Source of the DNA: Paraphysomonas bandaiensis
Lineage: Eukaryota > Protista > Chrysophyceae
Length of the DNA: 64,000 nt
NCBI GenBank assembly: GCA_965644295.1
Contig: CBFFRP010000407.1
Span: forward strand, 1 to 64,000
Direction: 5' to 3'
Made by a program: the position numbers and the translations under genes. Positions 28,501-40,150 of the stretch are shown one piece after another (position 1 is the stretch's first letter; every line of letters begins with the position of its first letter). The notes under the pieces were generated by a model that was not told the DNA's origin, did no database searches, and was given only the letters and a program-made list of their open reading frames with translations.

Positions 28501-29405
28501 AGAACGATGGTATCTACGAGGAAGCTTACAACCAACAGAACCAGTCTGGTGTAGTTTCTGCATATGATAATGCTGGGAATGGTGACTTAGAGCATAGCCA
28601 GGCTGATGGTACCTTCGCTGATGCTAATGCTGCAAGCGCTAATGTTCAGTACGGCCAGAACGATGGTATCTACGAGGAAGCTTACAACCAACAGAATCGA
28701 GCTGTTGGTACTCACGTTGATATCAGAGATATTTCCCACAACCAACAGACTCAAGATGGCGTGCTTTCCGTGTATGATAACGCTGAGGCTACCTATAAAC
28801 ATCACGACCAGGGTGATGGCACGCATGCGGACGTTTCCAATAGAAAAGGTTCATCTAGTGGCACTTACCCTAATGAGAATGCTGTTGAAGACATTGGTGT
28901 TCATTCTGCCATGGGCTATACTCCTGCTGAACAGGTTCCCACACCGTCGAATGACTCCATTCTCCCGGAGGACTGGCAGAGGCAATTTGACGACCAAGGT
29001 GTACCGTACTATGTCAACACGACGACTGGAGAAACATCATGGGATAAACCTGCGGATAGGTTCTGGTCTGTTTTTTTCACTCAGGATGGTATACCGTACT
29101 ATTACAATAGCCTTACCAAGGAAAGCAAGTGGACTGCCCCTGGAGATATGGGAAAGCAAATAGCGGATGATTTTAGTTCTCCAGCGGATACCCCTGTTCA
29201 ATTGATTCACAAGAAGCGCACTAACTCAGCTAACCTCTCGATCTTAGTCAGTGACGATAGAAGCAGGAGTGGGAGTGAAGAAGAGGATCCATATATGATT
29301 AATCTAATTGACTTTACACCAACCAAAAACAATTCTCAGAAGAAACGACGGGGGAGTAGCAAAAAAAATAGCGGAAAACAAACCAAGTTTGATTCCCCAC
29401 TTTAG
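16551..29405 (+). CDS. Giant (~4,030 aa) protein: helical/coiled-coil N-terminal two-thirds, Tudor/Agenet-like domain, four WW domains flanking an acidic tandem-repeat region
   Basis: Eight exons join in frame at GT-AG sites: 16551-16675, 16731-17217, 17327-17731, 18023-22829, 22875-23481, 23612-24402, 24455-26046, 26115-29405 (12,105 nt). Tudor-like: VGDKVEGNFGGEGTWYPGIV...YDVDYD. WW: LPYGWEE...IFYYN, NWRKC...YYYND.TG.TTWREP, LPEDWQR...YYVN.TTGETSWDKP, FWSV...YYYNSLTKESKWTAP. Confidence 0.75.
27858..28696 (+). repeat. Coding tandem repeat, 156-bp (52-aa) unit x ~5.4
   Basis: The unit marker aaYgttcagtac recurs at 27861, 28017, 28173, 28329, 28485 and 28641. Copies differ by only a few substitutions. 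Confidence 0.97.
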
Positions 29406-29513
29406 ATTTAGAATGTGTAGATATTACATATGTACGAATGCATGTATTTTTTAGATACTTATTATTAATAATCATTTCATATTTTGTGAAGTCGGTTTGA
29501 CATGGTTATTGAT

Positions 29514-30011
29514 GGTAGTGAATGTATTATTATCAGCAATTGGCGTTTAAGAGTCAGGACTTAACTCTGATATCCTACTATTAACTCTACGAAAGCTGCT
29601 TATGAGTCACCGCAAGCACCAAGGTGCAACCACTTTCGCTCTATCGCTCAAAGAAAATGCAGTGAGCAAGCAGAATGTTGATATACCTGACATCTGCCTA
29701 CTTCAGGATTTTTGAGTCCTTGAGGTGAATAGCCCGGATGCTTGACTTTAGCAGACAGCCCAATTTCCTTGATTTCATTGAGGTGGGCCAATTCCCAGAT
29801 GTCTGTATATTCGTCAAGGCCCAAAGACGTGTACAAAAGTGACACTTATTAGTGTCTCTTGTACCACGAAAGCTTTTGGCTATGAGTGGTGAGTGGGCAG
29901 AACAATATCTGCTGGCTACAAATGCGGCTCACGTTAGTTTCCCGGAGAAATCTGTCCAGCACTTATTCCCCAGAACATCACCACAAGTTGCGAGTTCGAC
30001 TCTGTTGAAAG
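29514..30011 (-). mobile_element. SINE-like non-coding retroposon, full-length copy B with 10-bp TSD
   Basis: Flanked by GGTTATTGAT at 29504-29513 and 30012-30021. Homologous to copies A and E. Confidence 0.8.
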
Positions 30012-31083
30012 GGTTATTGATAACCCGATAAGCACAATGCACTCAGTTGTGTAATACAGATAGACAAAGATACATACGAGGCAAGTACCGACGAATGATT
30101 AGTATTATGTTGAGTTTTGCTCTTTGTGAGGTATTAAAGCTGTATTTCTAAGGCATTTGAATTATGACCTGTCTTTTGAAGAATACAGTAGTGGTCTAAC
30201 AGTATTACATGTACTAATGATACGATAGACTGAAACTGAAATATATAGACTTTATAAGATCTAATAGTTAATAGTATATAGTATTGATTGGTAGTTGAGA
30301 GAATAGAATTGTAGCGAATATCAATGAATGATGTAAGATGTTGATCATGTTTTTCTTAATTGATTATTGTGCGAGTTCAACTTTCTGTTATTTAATTTTA
30401 TTCATCCTAGTATGTCAACGGTTGATATGGTAATAGCCGTTGTCGATGTCCTTCAACCGGTAGTCGCAACTAAGACCTAGAGTATCGGAATAGTTTCTAT
30501 AAGTTGCTCTCTTTAGATTAGATACCTGTTAGATCTTGATAAATTGACGAGGATTATACACGTAGCTAGCTGTATTGAATTTTGATGTAGGATAGACAAG
30601 GGCAATACTGAAAACAAGAAATTAGTTACGGATGTATGACCTCATTGTATATCGTGGTGTGGAACCGGCTGGGGGGAAGCTAATAAATCTACAATATCAG
30701 CAAGTTGATTCTGTGATGGTTCGAGGGTGAACAGTGGCTCTCTTTAATATAACATATTCAGGAAGCAATATATACAGTACGTTTACCACCTCAAAAAATG
30801 TTGTTCTCATGCAAAACAATCCACACGCATATATAGAATACATTCACAAGTACAGGATGCTGATAATCTTGGCACGTGTCATCGCAGTGCTCAATGAAAT
30901 ATACAACACAATTTGTACAACAATGTGGCAGGAAACAATACGAAAACAAACACCTACTACTAATGTGGACACAAATCACAAACACAGTAGTAGTAAAATA
31001 ACTAAACAATTACCGATAAATACTTCGCAACATCCACTGCATATATTGTAACACAAATATGCTACAGGTATCCATCAAAATGT

Positions 31084-31099
31084 GGTGTTGATAAACACC
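31084..31099 (-). promoter_or_regulatory. Histone mRNA 3' stem-loop (H2B copy 1)
   Basis: GGTGTT-TATC-AACACC on the minus strand, 33 nt after the stop, preceded by AAAATA and followed by ACA. Confidence 0.8.
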
Positions 31100-31132
31100 T
31101 ATTTTTATTTTGAGTTGCGTCAATACACACAC

Positions 31133-31486
31133 TTAAGCGGAAGAAGTGAACTTAGTGACGGCCTTGGTACCCTCAGAGACGGCGTGCTTGGCGAGCTCAC
31201 CAGGGAGCATGAGACGAACTGCAGTCTGAATCTCTCTAGAGGACAGAGTAGACTTCTTGTTGTAACGAGCAAGACGAGAAGCCTCAGAAGCGATTCTCTC
31301 GAAGATATCGTTGACAAAAGAGTTCATGATGGACATTCCTCTCTTGGAGATACCAGTCTCAGGGTGAACCTGCTTAAGCACCTTGTACACGTAAGAAGAG
31401 TAGCTCTCCACCCTCTTCTTGTGGCCTTTGCCAGCAGCCTTCTTGGCGGGAGCCTTTACGCTCTTCTTTCCAGGAGTCTTAGCCAT
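31133..31486 (-). CDS. H2B: Histone H2B, copy 1
   Basis: [40 protein letters not shown]...[20 protein letters not shown]; intronless. Confidence 0.99.
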   Translation of the reverse strand: MAKTPGKKSVKAPAKKAAGKGHKKRVESYSSYVYKVLKQVHPETGISKRGMSIMNSFVNDIFERIASEASRLARYNKKSTLSSREIQTAVRLMLPGELAKHAVSEGTKAVTKFTSSA

Positions 31487-31773
31487 TTTGGTATTTCAAA
31501 TTAATCGATTTCAAATGAGAATTAATTTTGAAGGAAGCTCAGTGTTGATCCCAGACCCAAAAAATACAACTTTCAAAAACATCATATCTTGAGGAGTCAG
31601 ATTTGAGCATCTCTATCTGCTGATGATGAGGATGTTATAGCATCTCCAAAAAAACGCATCTTGAGCAGTCAGTCATCACACATAATTTGAACCCAAAGAA
31701 GTGGCGAGTCATCACAATTAAATCTCATCTCTTCTCAGAGTAACACTAATTGAAACCTACCAATAAATCAATA
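31487..31773. promoter_or_regulatory. Bidirectional H2B/H2A promoter (repeated in all four pairs)
   Basis: A 287-bp gap between divergent ATGs, containing the repeated motifs ATCTTGAGSAGTCAG (x2) and AGTCATCACA (x2). Confidence 0.65.
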
Positions 31774-32154
31774 ATGCCTGCAAAGACTGGAAAATCTGGC
31801 CGTGGTGCCGGCAAGAAATCTACCTCTTCATCAGCCAAGGCTGGTCTTCAGTTCCCAGTTGGCCGTATCGGCAGATACCTGAAGAAGGGTCGATATGCTC
31901 CCAGAGTTGGTGCTGGTGCTCCCGTCTACCTTGCCTCTGTGCTTGAGTACCTCACTGCTGAGATTCTTGAGCTTGCTGGTAACGCTGCCAGGGACAACAA
32001 GAAGACCCGCATCATCCCTCGCCACATTCAGCTGGCTGTTCGCAATGACGAGGAGCTCAATAAGCTTTTGGGCGGCGTCACCATCTCTCAGGGTGGTGTC
32101 CTCCCCAACATCCACAATGTGCTCCTCCCCAAGAAGTCTCAGGCCAAGGCTTAA
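31774..32154 (+). CDS. H2A: Histone H2A, copy 1
   Basis: The ATG is at 31774 (the ORF track starts upstream at a TTG). [14 protein letters not shown]...[48 protein letters not shown]. Confidence 0.99.
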   Translation: MPAKTGKSGRGAGKKSTSSSAKAGLQFPVGRIGRYLKKGRYAPRVGAGAPVYLASVLEYLTAEILELAGNAARDNKKTRIIPRHIQLAVRNDEELNKLLGGVTISQGGVLPNIHNVLLPKKSQAKA

Positions 32155-32187
32155 GTGCAGTCGGTTATTTCAAAACTAAACAAAATA

Positions 32188-32203
32188 GGTGTTTATTAAC
32201 ACC
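32188..32203 (+). promoter_or_regulatory. Histone mRNA 3' stem-loop (H2A copy 1)
   Basis: GGTGTT-TATT-AACACC, 33 nt after the stop, preceded by AAAATA and followed by ACA. Confidence 0.8.
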
Positions 32204-33126
32204 ACACAATACTTGGAATCGATTATAATGTCGCAGTCATGTTCAATGGATATAGTTTTATTTGTGACGTTTATACTTTACAACATATTGGTATCATGGT
32301 AGAAATATGTATATACTACATACTTATTTCTTACCGTGTGTAAGAAACTTCAGAGTTTGGTAACAAGAGTTATTATTAGAATGTCGAGAGTATGTTAAAC
32401 AGCTCACATGAATTACATCTTAAAAGTCTATGTGTTTTATCTCCTGAATGACTAACACTTCGTACAAAGTGAAGAAACTGACTTTACACAGCGTGTTCTG
32501 GATTGCGGCAACGTCAGCCAACAAGAGAGCTCGACTTAGTACCTGTGGTTCAGCTACCACAGTTTGTTTATTATCAAAGCACAATCTTTAGTAGTACAAA
32601 GTTGATTATGATACCTGAGCGTCGAAACATGAAAATCCATATCGTCTAGAATCGTTGGTATTCCTCCGAGCCAATTCCATATATATGCTCTTATTTGATG
32701 TGTGATACATGCATACATGCTACTTTCCTCTATGAAGTTAACTACAAACTGTTCCAAGGTACGTACCTGTAGCTTGTTGATGCTCATTCTATTGTGTCTT
32801 AGAAAATATAATGATAATCATAAACTACTCTTCATAAGCACATAACTCATCTGTAATCTGTACTATTATAACATCGAACAATTATGCATTAAGATATTAA
32901 GATTCATCTTAATATAAGATAATATATGTATGTGATGTATTAAGCTCCATGAAATATATCATGAACTGAATTAATGATTGTATCTGTTGAAGATACTTGA
33001 TCGTCATCATAACGATCGTCAGTTCTGCTTCTAACTATTTTGTTGTGAGTGATAGTTATGTTCTGCAACGACGAACACATACACATACATCAGAATGCTT
33101 ACCTCGCTACAATCAGACTCTAATAG

Positions 33127-33248
33127 CAGGGCCAGTCAAGAATATATTGGAATACATTGCAATTGGTTATTTTAGCTTGCTACAATATTATATTGATTAT
33201 TATTTTAATCATAATATTGCAATATAAATATGTTTTTGACTGGCCCTG
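33127..33248. mobile_element. 122-bp MITE with CAGGGCCAGTCAA terminal inverted repeats (hAT-like)
   Basis: Perfect inverted repeat ATAGCAGGGCCAGTCAA (33123-33139) / TTGACTGGCCCTGCTAT (33236-33252) around an AT-rich interior. No 8-bp TSD is visible. Confidence 0.7.
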
Positions 33249-34122
33249 CTATCCCCCAAGATGTTAACTACAAACTACTCCGAAGTACGTATTTGTAGCT
33301 TGTTGATGCTTATCGCCAGCAGCTATCCTGTACTCTGTGTCTCTGTGTCTCTGTGAACTGTGTGTTAGAGTTCGACATTTCACTGAAGTTAACTTTGCTC
33401 TACATGTAAACGTAAACTTTAATCATGCTTTGTTGAACAGAATACTTTCAAGTAAGAAATTAAAATTAATAGTCTGAACACCTATTCCACATTATTAATC
33501 ACTTCAATTGCACTATATATACGCATCATACTGCAGAACTCAACACTGTGTACTGTGTAGCAATAACGAAATAAAGAATCTACGAAAGTGTAAATACTGT
33601 AAGGAATAAAAAAATAAAATATGCAAATAAACTGTAAATAATACAGTAGCTGTTTAAGATATATATGACTGTTGTAGAGGATTACAGGTGTTGATGTGTC
33701 GCTACAATCAGACTCTAATATTACCCGAGTAATGCAGTGAACAGAGACTCAATGCCGTATCAACGGAGAATTTTATGCCAACACTCTATAAACACACAAT
33801 AGAGTTCACATTATTGTGTCTTCAGTTATGAGTTTACTCCCACACGTATATATTAATAAAAAACTATTAACGTACTACTATGGAGGAACTCTTAAATTAT
33901 AGTACAACTTGAATTTATCAAGTGTTGTCTCCTCATCATAGCACCTTATGTCGTAGGATTATTATTATTTCATAGGCAACTATATATTATGCATTATTGT
34001 CATCATGTTGTAAAACACATAATTTACCGACATAATTTTTTATGTCAACCTCTGCTGATTAACTTGACTTGTAGAGAAGTATAGGTATTGGTGATTGATG
34101 TGTCACTACAATCACCCTACAA

Positions 34123-34312
34123 GGCCCACCTCATTGGGCTGCCTTCTGCTGAAGTCAACCATCCGGGATGTTCACCTCTTAAGGACTCAAAAATCCTGAA
34201 GTTAGCAGATGTCAGGTATATATCAACATTCTGATTTTGCTCCCTGCGTTTGCTTTTTGAATGTGATACAGTTAAAACGGAGGTGGTCAAACCTTGGAAC
34301 TCTTGGGGCGAC
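34123..34312 (+). mobile_element. SINE-like element, 5'-truncated and 3'-deleted copy C
   Basis: ggcccacctca...ggactcaaaaatcctgaagttagcagatgtcaggtatat.tcaacattctg matches the middle of copies A and B. Confidence 0.7.
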
Positions 34313-34879
34313 TGTCACGCATTAAAGAAAGGTATTTATCACACAGCAAGGGGTAACTCTATAATTGCAAATAATAATGCTATATATGCGGTTATTTATC
34401 GATATAGTATTTCACTTTTATTATGTTCTATCTCGAGTCAACTAAAACCCTATATATTATTATTATATTATCATTATGATGGCGATCTTGAATCCTCAAC
34501 AGATACTATCATTATGATCTACGCCTCGACCTTTACCCTAAAGGGCGCCCCTCTAGTTGCTATGTATAATTTCTTAGCTGCCAAAACACAGCTTACTATA
34601 GACACTCCAGCGACTATGATTCCAAATATGGAGAAGTCATTCTCTTGTGCAAATATGAGTAGCATTTGCTCTCAAATACCAGAATCAAATCGGTATTTCC
34701 AATATATTTAACTGCCAATTAATTGGATTGCCAATGTAATTAATTTGTTTCGATAGTGATAATTCCAATTATTATTAGATATTTTTGCCAATTAATTGGC
34801 TGGCTAAATTATATATAGCATCTTAAGATGTATAGCTACTGATCATAGATACAAACCCATTATCACAAGTTTGGATGTA

Positions 34880-35261
34880 TATTGAAAGTCGTATTATATA
34901 GCAATAGGCGTTAAAAACCTGCACCAATGTAGTGGCTAGTTGAATGCTAGACATACTATTTAGACCTCCTCTACCCATAACTAATCAGCACAAATTCTAT
35001 TATCCTACTATTTAACGCTACAGAAGCTGCTTGTGCGTCGCCGCAAGCACCAAGGTGCAACCACTTCCGTTCTTAGTGTTGATTGTGAGTTTAGCCGTGA
35101 TCGTGTGTCCTTGGACTCACTGGCGCGTGTTATCAGGGGGTCTTCCCTAGGGATGAGATTCCACCAGGCTCTGAGATACAGGGTTCTGTATTAAGGTCCT
35201 AAGTGTAACGAGTGCTAGATGTGTGTGCTGAGAGGTGGGTGGAGAGGTGGAATGTGGCATT
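34880..35261 (-). mobile_element. LINE subfamily-2 3' fragment (shortened by a 331-bp deletion)
   Basis: Near-identical to part of 39650..40150 and carries the conserved 3' tail. Confidence 0.75.
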
Positions 35262-35674
35262 CTAATATACAACATGAATAGCGTTCTTCGTTGCAGGTAT
35301 CTAGTTATGTTATAATAGTAGATGAGTTATGTACGTGATTAGGAGGAGTAGTTTATGATTAATCAAGTATATTTTCTATGACACACTAACATGAGCAAAA
35401 TATATCAATATATTGTAGCAAGCAAAAATAAACAATTCCAATATAATGTTGACTGCCCCTGGCTAAATGTGCTTGTAATGAGTAGCCTAGAACTGTCCAC
35501 ATTCATCACAGAATACTATCATAAGTACAGAATACATATTTGATAATGATCTTTGCAAGTACCATCGCATACATACACCAATAGTAAAATAGCTAAACAA
35601 TTACCGATGAATACTTCGCAACATCCACTGCATATATTGTAACACAAATATGCTACAGGTATCCATCAAAATGT

Positions 35675-35690
35675 GGTGTTGATAAACACC
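35675..35690 (-). promoter_or_regulatory. Histone mRNA 3' stem-loop (H2B copy 2)
   Basis: Same 16-nt hairpin as copy 1. Confidence 0.8.
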
Positions 35691-35723
35691 TATTTTTATT
35701 TTGAGTTGCGTCAATACACACAC

Positions 35724-36077
35724 TTAAGCGGAAGAAGTGAACTTAGTGACGGCCTTGGTACCCTCAGAGACGGCGTGCTTGGCGAGCTCACCAGGGAGCA
35801 TGAGACGAACTGCAGTCTGAATCTCTCTAGAGGACAGAGTAGACTTCTTGTTGTAACGAGCAAGACGAGAAGCCTCAGAAGCGATTCTCTCGAAGATATC
35901 GTTGACAAAAGAGTTCATGATGGACATTCCTCTCTTGGAGATACCAGTCTCAGGGTGAACCTGCTTAAGCACCTTGTACACGTAAGAAGAGTAGCTCTCC
36001 ACCCTCTTCTTGTGGCCTTTGCCAGCAGCCTTCTTGGCGGGAGCCTTTACGCTCTTCTTTCCAGGAGTCTTAGCCAT
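35724..36077 (-). CDS. H2B: Histone H2B, copy 2
   Basis: Protein identical to copy 1. Confidence 0.99.
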   Translation of the reverse strand: MAKTPGKKSVKAPAKKAAGKGHKKRVESYSSYVYKVLKQVHPETGISKRGMSIMNSFVNDIFERIASEASRLARYNKKSTLSSREIQTAVRLMLPGELAKHAVSEGTKAVTKFTSSA

Positions 36078-36363
36078 TTTGGTATTTCAAATTAATCGAT
36101 TTCAAATGAGAATTAATTTTGAAGGAAGCTCAGTGTTGATCCCAGACCCAAAAAATACAACTTTCAAAAACATCATATCTTGAGGAGTCAGATTTGAGCA
36201 TCTCTATCTGCTGATGATGAGGATGTTATAGCATCTCCAAAAAACGCATCTTGAGCAGTCAGTCATCACACATAATTTGAACCCAAAGAAGTGGCGAGTC
36301 ATCACAATTAAATCTCATCTCTTCTCAGAGTAACACTAATTGAAACCTACCAATAAATCAATA

Positions 36364-36744
36364 ATGCCTGCAAAGACTGGAAAATCTGGCCGTGGTGCCG
36401 GCAAGAAATCTACCTCTTCATCAGCCAAGGCTGGTCTTCAGTTCCCAGTTGGCCGTATCGGCAGATACCTGAAGAAGGGTCGATATGCTCCCAGAGTTGG
36501 TGCTGGTGCTCCCGTCTACCTTGCCTCTGTGCTTGAGTACCTCACTGCTGAGATTCTTGAGCTTGCTGGTAACGCTGCCAGGGACAACAAGAAGACCCGC
36601 ATCATCCCTCGCCACATTCAGCTGGCTGTTCGCAATGACGAGGAGCTCAATAAGCTTTTGGGCGGCGTCACCATCTCTCAGGGTGGTGTCCTCCCCAACA
36701 TCCACAATGTGCTCCTCCCCAAGAAGTCTCAGGCCAAGGCTTAA
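36364..36744 (+). CDS. H2A: Histone H2A, copy 2
   Basis: Protein identical to copy 1; ATG at 36364. Confidence 0.99.
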   Translation: MPAKTGKSGRGAGKKSTSSSAKAGLQFPVGRIGRYLKKGRYAPRVGAGAPVYLASVLEYLTAEILELAGNAARDNKKTRIIPRHIQLAVRNDEELNKLLGGVTISQGGVLPNIHNVLLPKKSQAKA

Positions 36745-36777
36745 GTGCAGTCGGTTATTTCAAAACTAAACAAAATA

Positions 36778-36793
36778 GGTGTTTATTAACACC
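36778..36793 (+). promoter_or_regulatory. Histone mRNA 3' stem-loop (H2A copy 2)
   Basis: GGTGTT-TATT-AACACC. Confidence 0.8.
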
Positions 36794-37716
36794 ACACAAT
36801 ACTTGGAATCGATTATAATGTCGCAGTCATGTTCAATGGATATAGTTTTATTTGTGACGTTTATACTTTACAACATATTGGTATCATGGTAGAAATATGT
36901 ATATACTACATACTTATTTCTTACCGTGTGTAAGAAACTTCAGAGTTTGGTAACAAGAGTTATTATTAGAATGTCGAGAGTATGTTAAACAGCTCACATG
37001 AATTACATCTTAAAAGTCTATGTGTTTTATCTCCTGAATGACTAACACTTCGTACAAAGTGAAGAAACTGACTTTACACAGCGTGTTCTGGATTGCGGCA
37101 ACGTCAGCCAACAAGAGAGCTCGACTTAGTACCTGTGGTTCAGCTACCACAGTTTGTTTATTATCAAAGCACAATCTTTAGTAGTACAAAGTTGATTATG
37201 ATACCTGAGCGTCGAAACATGAAAATCCATATCGTCTAGAATCGTTGGTATTCCTCCGAGCCAATTCCATATATATGCTCTTATTTGATGTGTGATACAT
37301 GCATACATGCTACTTTCCTCTATGAAGTTAACTACAAACTGTTCCAAGGTACGTACCTGTAGCTTGTTGATGCTCATTCTATTGTGTCTTAGAAAATATA
37401 ATGATAATCATAAACTACTCTTCATAAGCACATAACTCATCTGTAATCTGTACTATTATAACATCGAACAATTATGCATTAAGATATTAAGATTCATCTT
37501 AATATAAGATAATATATGTATGTGATGTATTAAGCTCCATGAAATATATCATGAACTGAATTAATGATTGTATCTGTTGAAGATACTTGATCGTCATCAT
37601 AACGATCGTCAGTTCTGCTTCTAACTATTTTGTTGTGAGTGATAGTTATGTTCTGCAACGACGAACACATACACATACATCAGAATGCTTACCTCGCTAC
37701 AATCAGACTCTAATAG

Positions 37717-37839
37717 CAGGGGCCAGTCAAGAATATATTGGAATATATTGCAATTGGTTATTTTAGCTTGCTACAATATTATATTGATTATTATTTTAAT
37801 CATAATATTGCAATATAAATATGTGTTTGGCTGGCCCTG
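37717..37839. mobile_element. MITE, second copy (duplicated with the histone unit)
   Basis: CAGGGGCCAGTCAA...TTGGCTGGCCCTG, near-identical to 33127..33248. Confidence 0.7.
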
Positions 37840-38720
37840 CTATCCCCCAAGATGTTAACTACAAACTACTCCGAAGTACGTATTTGTAGCTTGTTGATGC
37901 TTATCGCCAGCAGCTATCCTGTACTCTGTGTCTCTGTGTCTCTGTGAACTGTGTGTTAGAGTTCGACATTTCACTGAAGTTAACTTTGCTCTACATGTAA
38001 ACGTAAACTTTAATCATGCTTTGTTGAACAGAATACTTTCAAGTAAGAAATTAAAATTAATAGTCTGAACACCTATTCCACATTATTAATCACTTCAATT
38101 GCACTATATATACGCATCATACTGCAGAACTCAACACTGTGTACTGTGTAGCAATAACGAAATAAAGAATCTACGAAAGTGTAAATACTGTAAGGAATAA
38201 AAAAATAAAATATGCAAATAAACTGTAAATAATACAGTAGCTGTTTAAGATATATATGACTTGTGTAGAGGATTACAGGTATTGATGTGTCGCTACAATC
38301 AGACTCTAATATTACCCGAGTAATGCAGTAAACAGAGACTCAATGCCGTATCAACGGAGAATTTTATGCCAACACTCTATAAACACACAATAGAGAGCGA
38401 AATCGAGTTCACATTATTGTGTCTTCAGTTATGAGTTTACTCCCACACGTATATATTAATAAAAAACTATTAACGTACTACTATGGAGGAACTCTTAAAA
38501 TTATAGTACAACTTGAATTTATCAAGTGTTGTCTCCTCATCATAGCACCTTATGTCGTAGGATTATTATTATTTCATAGGCAACTATATATTATGCATTA
38601 TTGTCATCATGTTGTTGTAAAACACATAATTTACCGACGTAATTTTTTATGTCAACCTCTGATTAACTTGACTTGTAGAGAAGTATAGTAGGTATTGGTG
38701 ATTGATGTGTCACTACAATC

Positions 38721-39030
38721 ACCTCATTGGGCTGCCTTCTGCTGAAGTCAACCATCCGGGATGTTCACCTCTTAAGGACTCAAAAATCCTGAAGTTAGCA
38801 GATGTCAGGTATATATCAACATTCTGATTTTGCTCCCTGCGTTTGCTTTTTTTGAATGTGATACAGTTAAAACGGAGGTGGTCAAACCTTGGTACTCTTG
38901 CGGCGACGCACAAACAGCCTCCGTATAGCATCAAATATAGTAGAATATTAGTAGTAAAAAAGTACTAGATAGATTGCTTTTTAGTTTTAACACTACTTAC
39001 ATATGCCAATTGCTAAATAATCAGACATTA
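38721..39030 (+). mobile_element. SINE-like element, 5'-truncated copy D with intact 3' tail
   Basis: Paralogue of copy C that retains ...cttgcggcgacgcacaaacagc... and the terminal gccaattgctaaataatcagacatt. Confidence 0.7.
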
Positions 39031-39649
39031 TAATAATATACCTAACTTAAATCGCATCATATATTAATATAAACAACACCCACTGTCACGCATTAAAGAA
39101 AGGTATTTATCACACAGCAAGGGGTAACTCTATAATTGCAAATAATAATGCTATATATGCGGTTATTTATCTATACAGTATTTCACTTTTATTATGTTCT
39201 ATCTCGAGTCAATTAAAACCCTATATATTATTATTATATTATCATTATGATGGCGATCTTGAATCCTCAACAGATACTATCATTATGATCTACGCCTCGA
39301 CCTTTACCCTAAAGGGCGCCCCTCTAGTTGCTATGTATAATTTCTTAGCTGCCAAAACACAGCTTACTATAGACACTCCAGCGACTATGATTCCAAATAT
39401 GGAGAAGTCATTCTCTTGTGCAAATATGAGTAGCATTTGCTCTCAAATACCAGAATCAAATCGATATTTCCAATATATTTAACTGCCAATTAATTGGATT
39501 GCCAATGTAATTAATTTGTTTCGATAGTGATAATTCCAATTATTATTAGATATTTTTGCCAATTAATTGGCTGGCTAAATTATATATAGCATCTTAAGAT
39601 GTATAGCTACTGATCATAGATACAAACCCATTATCACAAGTTTGGATGT

Positions 39650-40150
39650 ATATTGAAAGTCGTATTATATAGCAATAGGCGTTAAAAACCTGCACCAATG
39701 TAGTGGCTAGTTGAATGCTAGACATACTATTTAGACCTCCTCTACCCATAACTAATCAGCACAAATTCTATTATCCTACTATTTAACGCTACAGAAGCTG
39801 CTTGTGCGTCGCCGCAAGCACCAAGGTGCGACCACTTCCGTTCTTAGTGTTGATTGTGAGTTTAGCCGTGATCGTGTGTCCTTGGACTCACTGGCGCGTG
39901 TTATCAGGGGGTCTTCCCTAGGGATGAGATTCCACCAGGCTCTGAGATACAGGGTTCTGTATTAAGGTCCTAAGTGTAACGAGTGCTAGATGTGTGTGCT
40001 GAGAGGTGGGTGGAGAGGTGGAATGTGGCATTGGTCTCAGTGCACCGTTTGGGCCTCAGGCATAGGTAGAGTTGCCGGAGACAGCGTCGTTGTCGAGGTC
40101 TGAAGGTTTCGTGCGGGCCGGTGATAACTTTCTGTGTGTATGAGTGGTGA
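39650..40150 (-). mobile_element. LINE subfamily-2 3' fragment (~500 bp)
   Basis: Encodes RPRQRRCLRQLYL and TLRTLIQN...GRPPD, homologous to the C-terminus of ORF 42714..43748, followed by the conserved tail. Confidence 0.75.

Noticed and set aside
27858-28696. Regular repeat array as a possible CRISPR
   Set aside because: The units are contiguous 156-bp in-frame coding repeats with no unique spacers, in a eukaryotic gene, and there are no cas genes.
32130-32154. H2A C-terminal SQ as an H2A.X signature
   Set aside because: The tail is KKSQAKA, not the terminal SQ-(E/D)-hydrophobic motif.
31082-32179. Antisense and alternate-frame ORFs over the histone genes (140, 65, 94 aa; repeated in each copy)
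   Set aside because: These are shadow ORFs caused by the strong codon bias of histone genes. Their conservation only reflects the duplication.
34250-34711. 153-aa ORF in the histone spacer
   Set aside because: It is stitched across a SINE fragment and another repeat by a deletion, and it is not intact in the paralogous unit.
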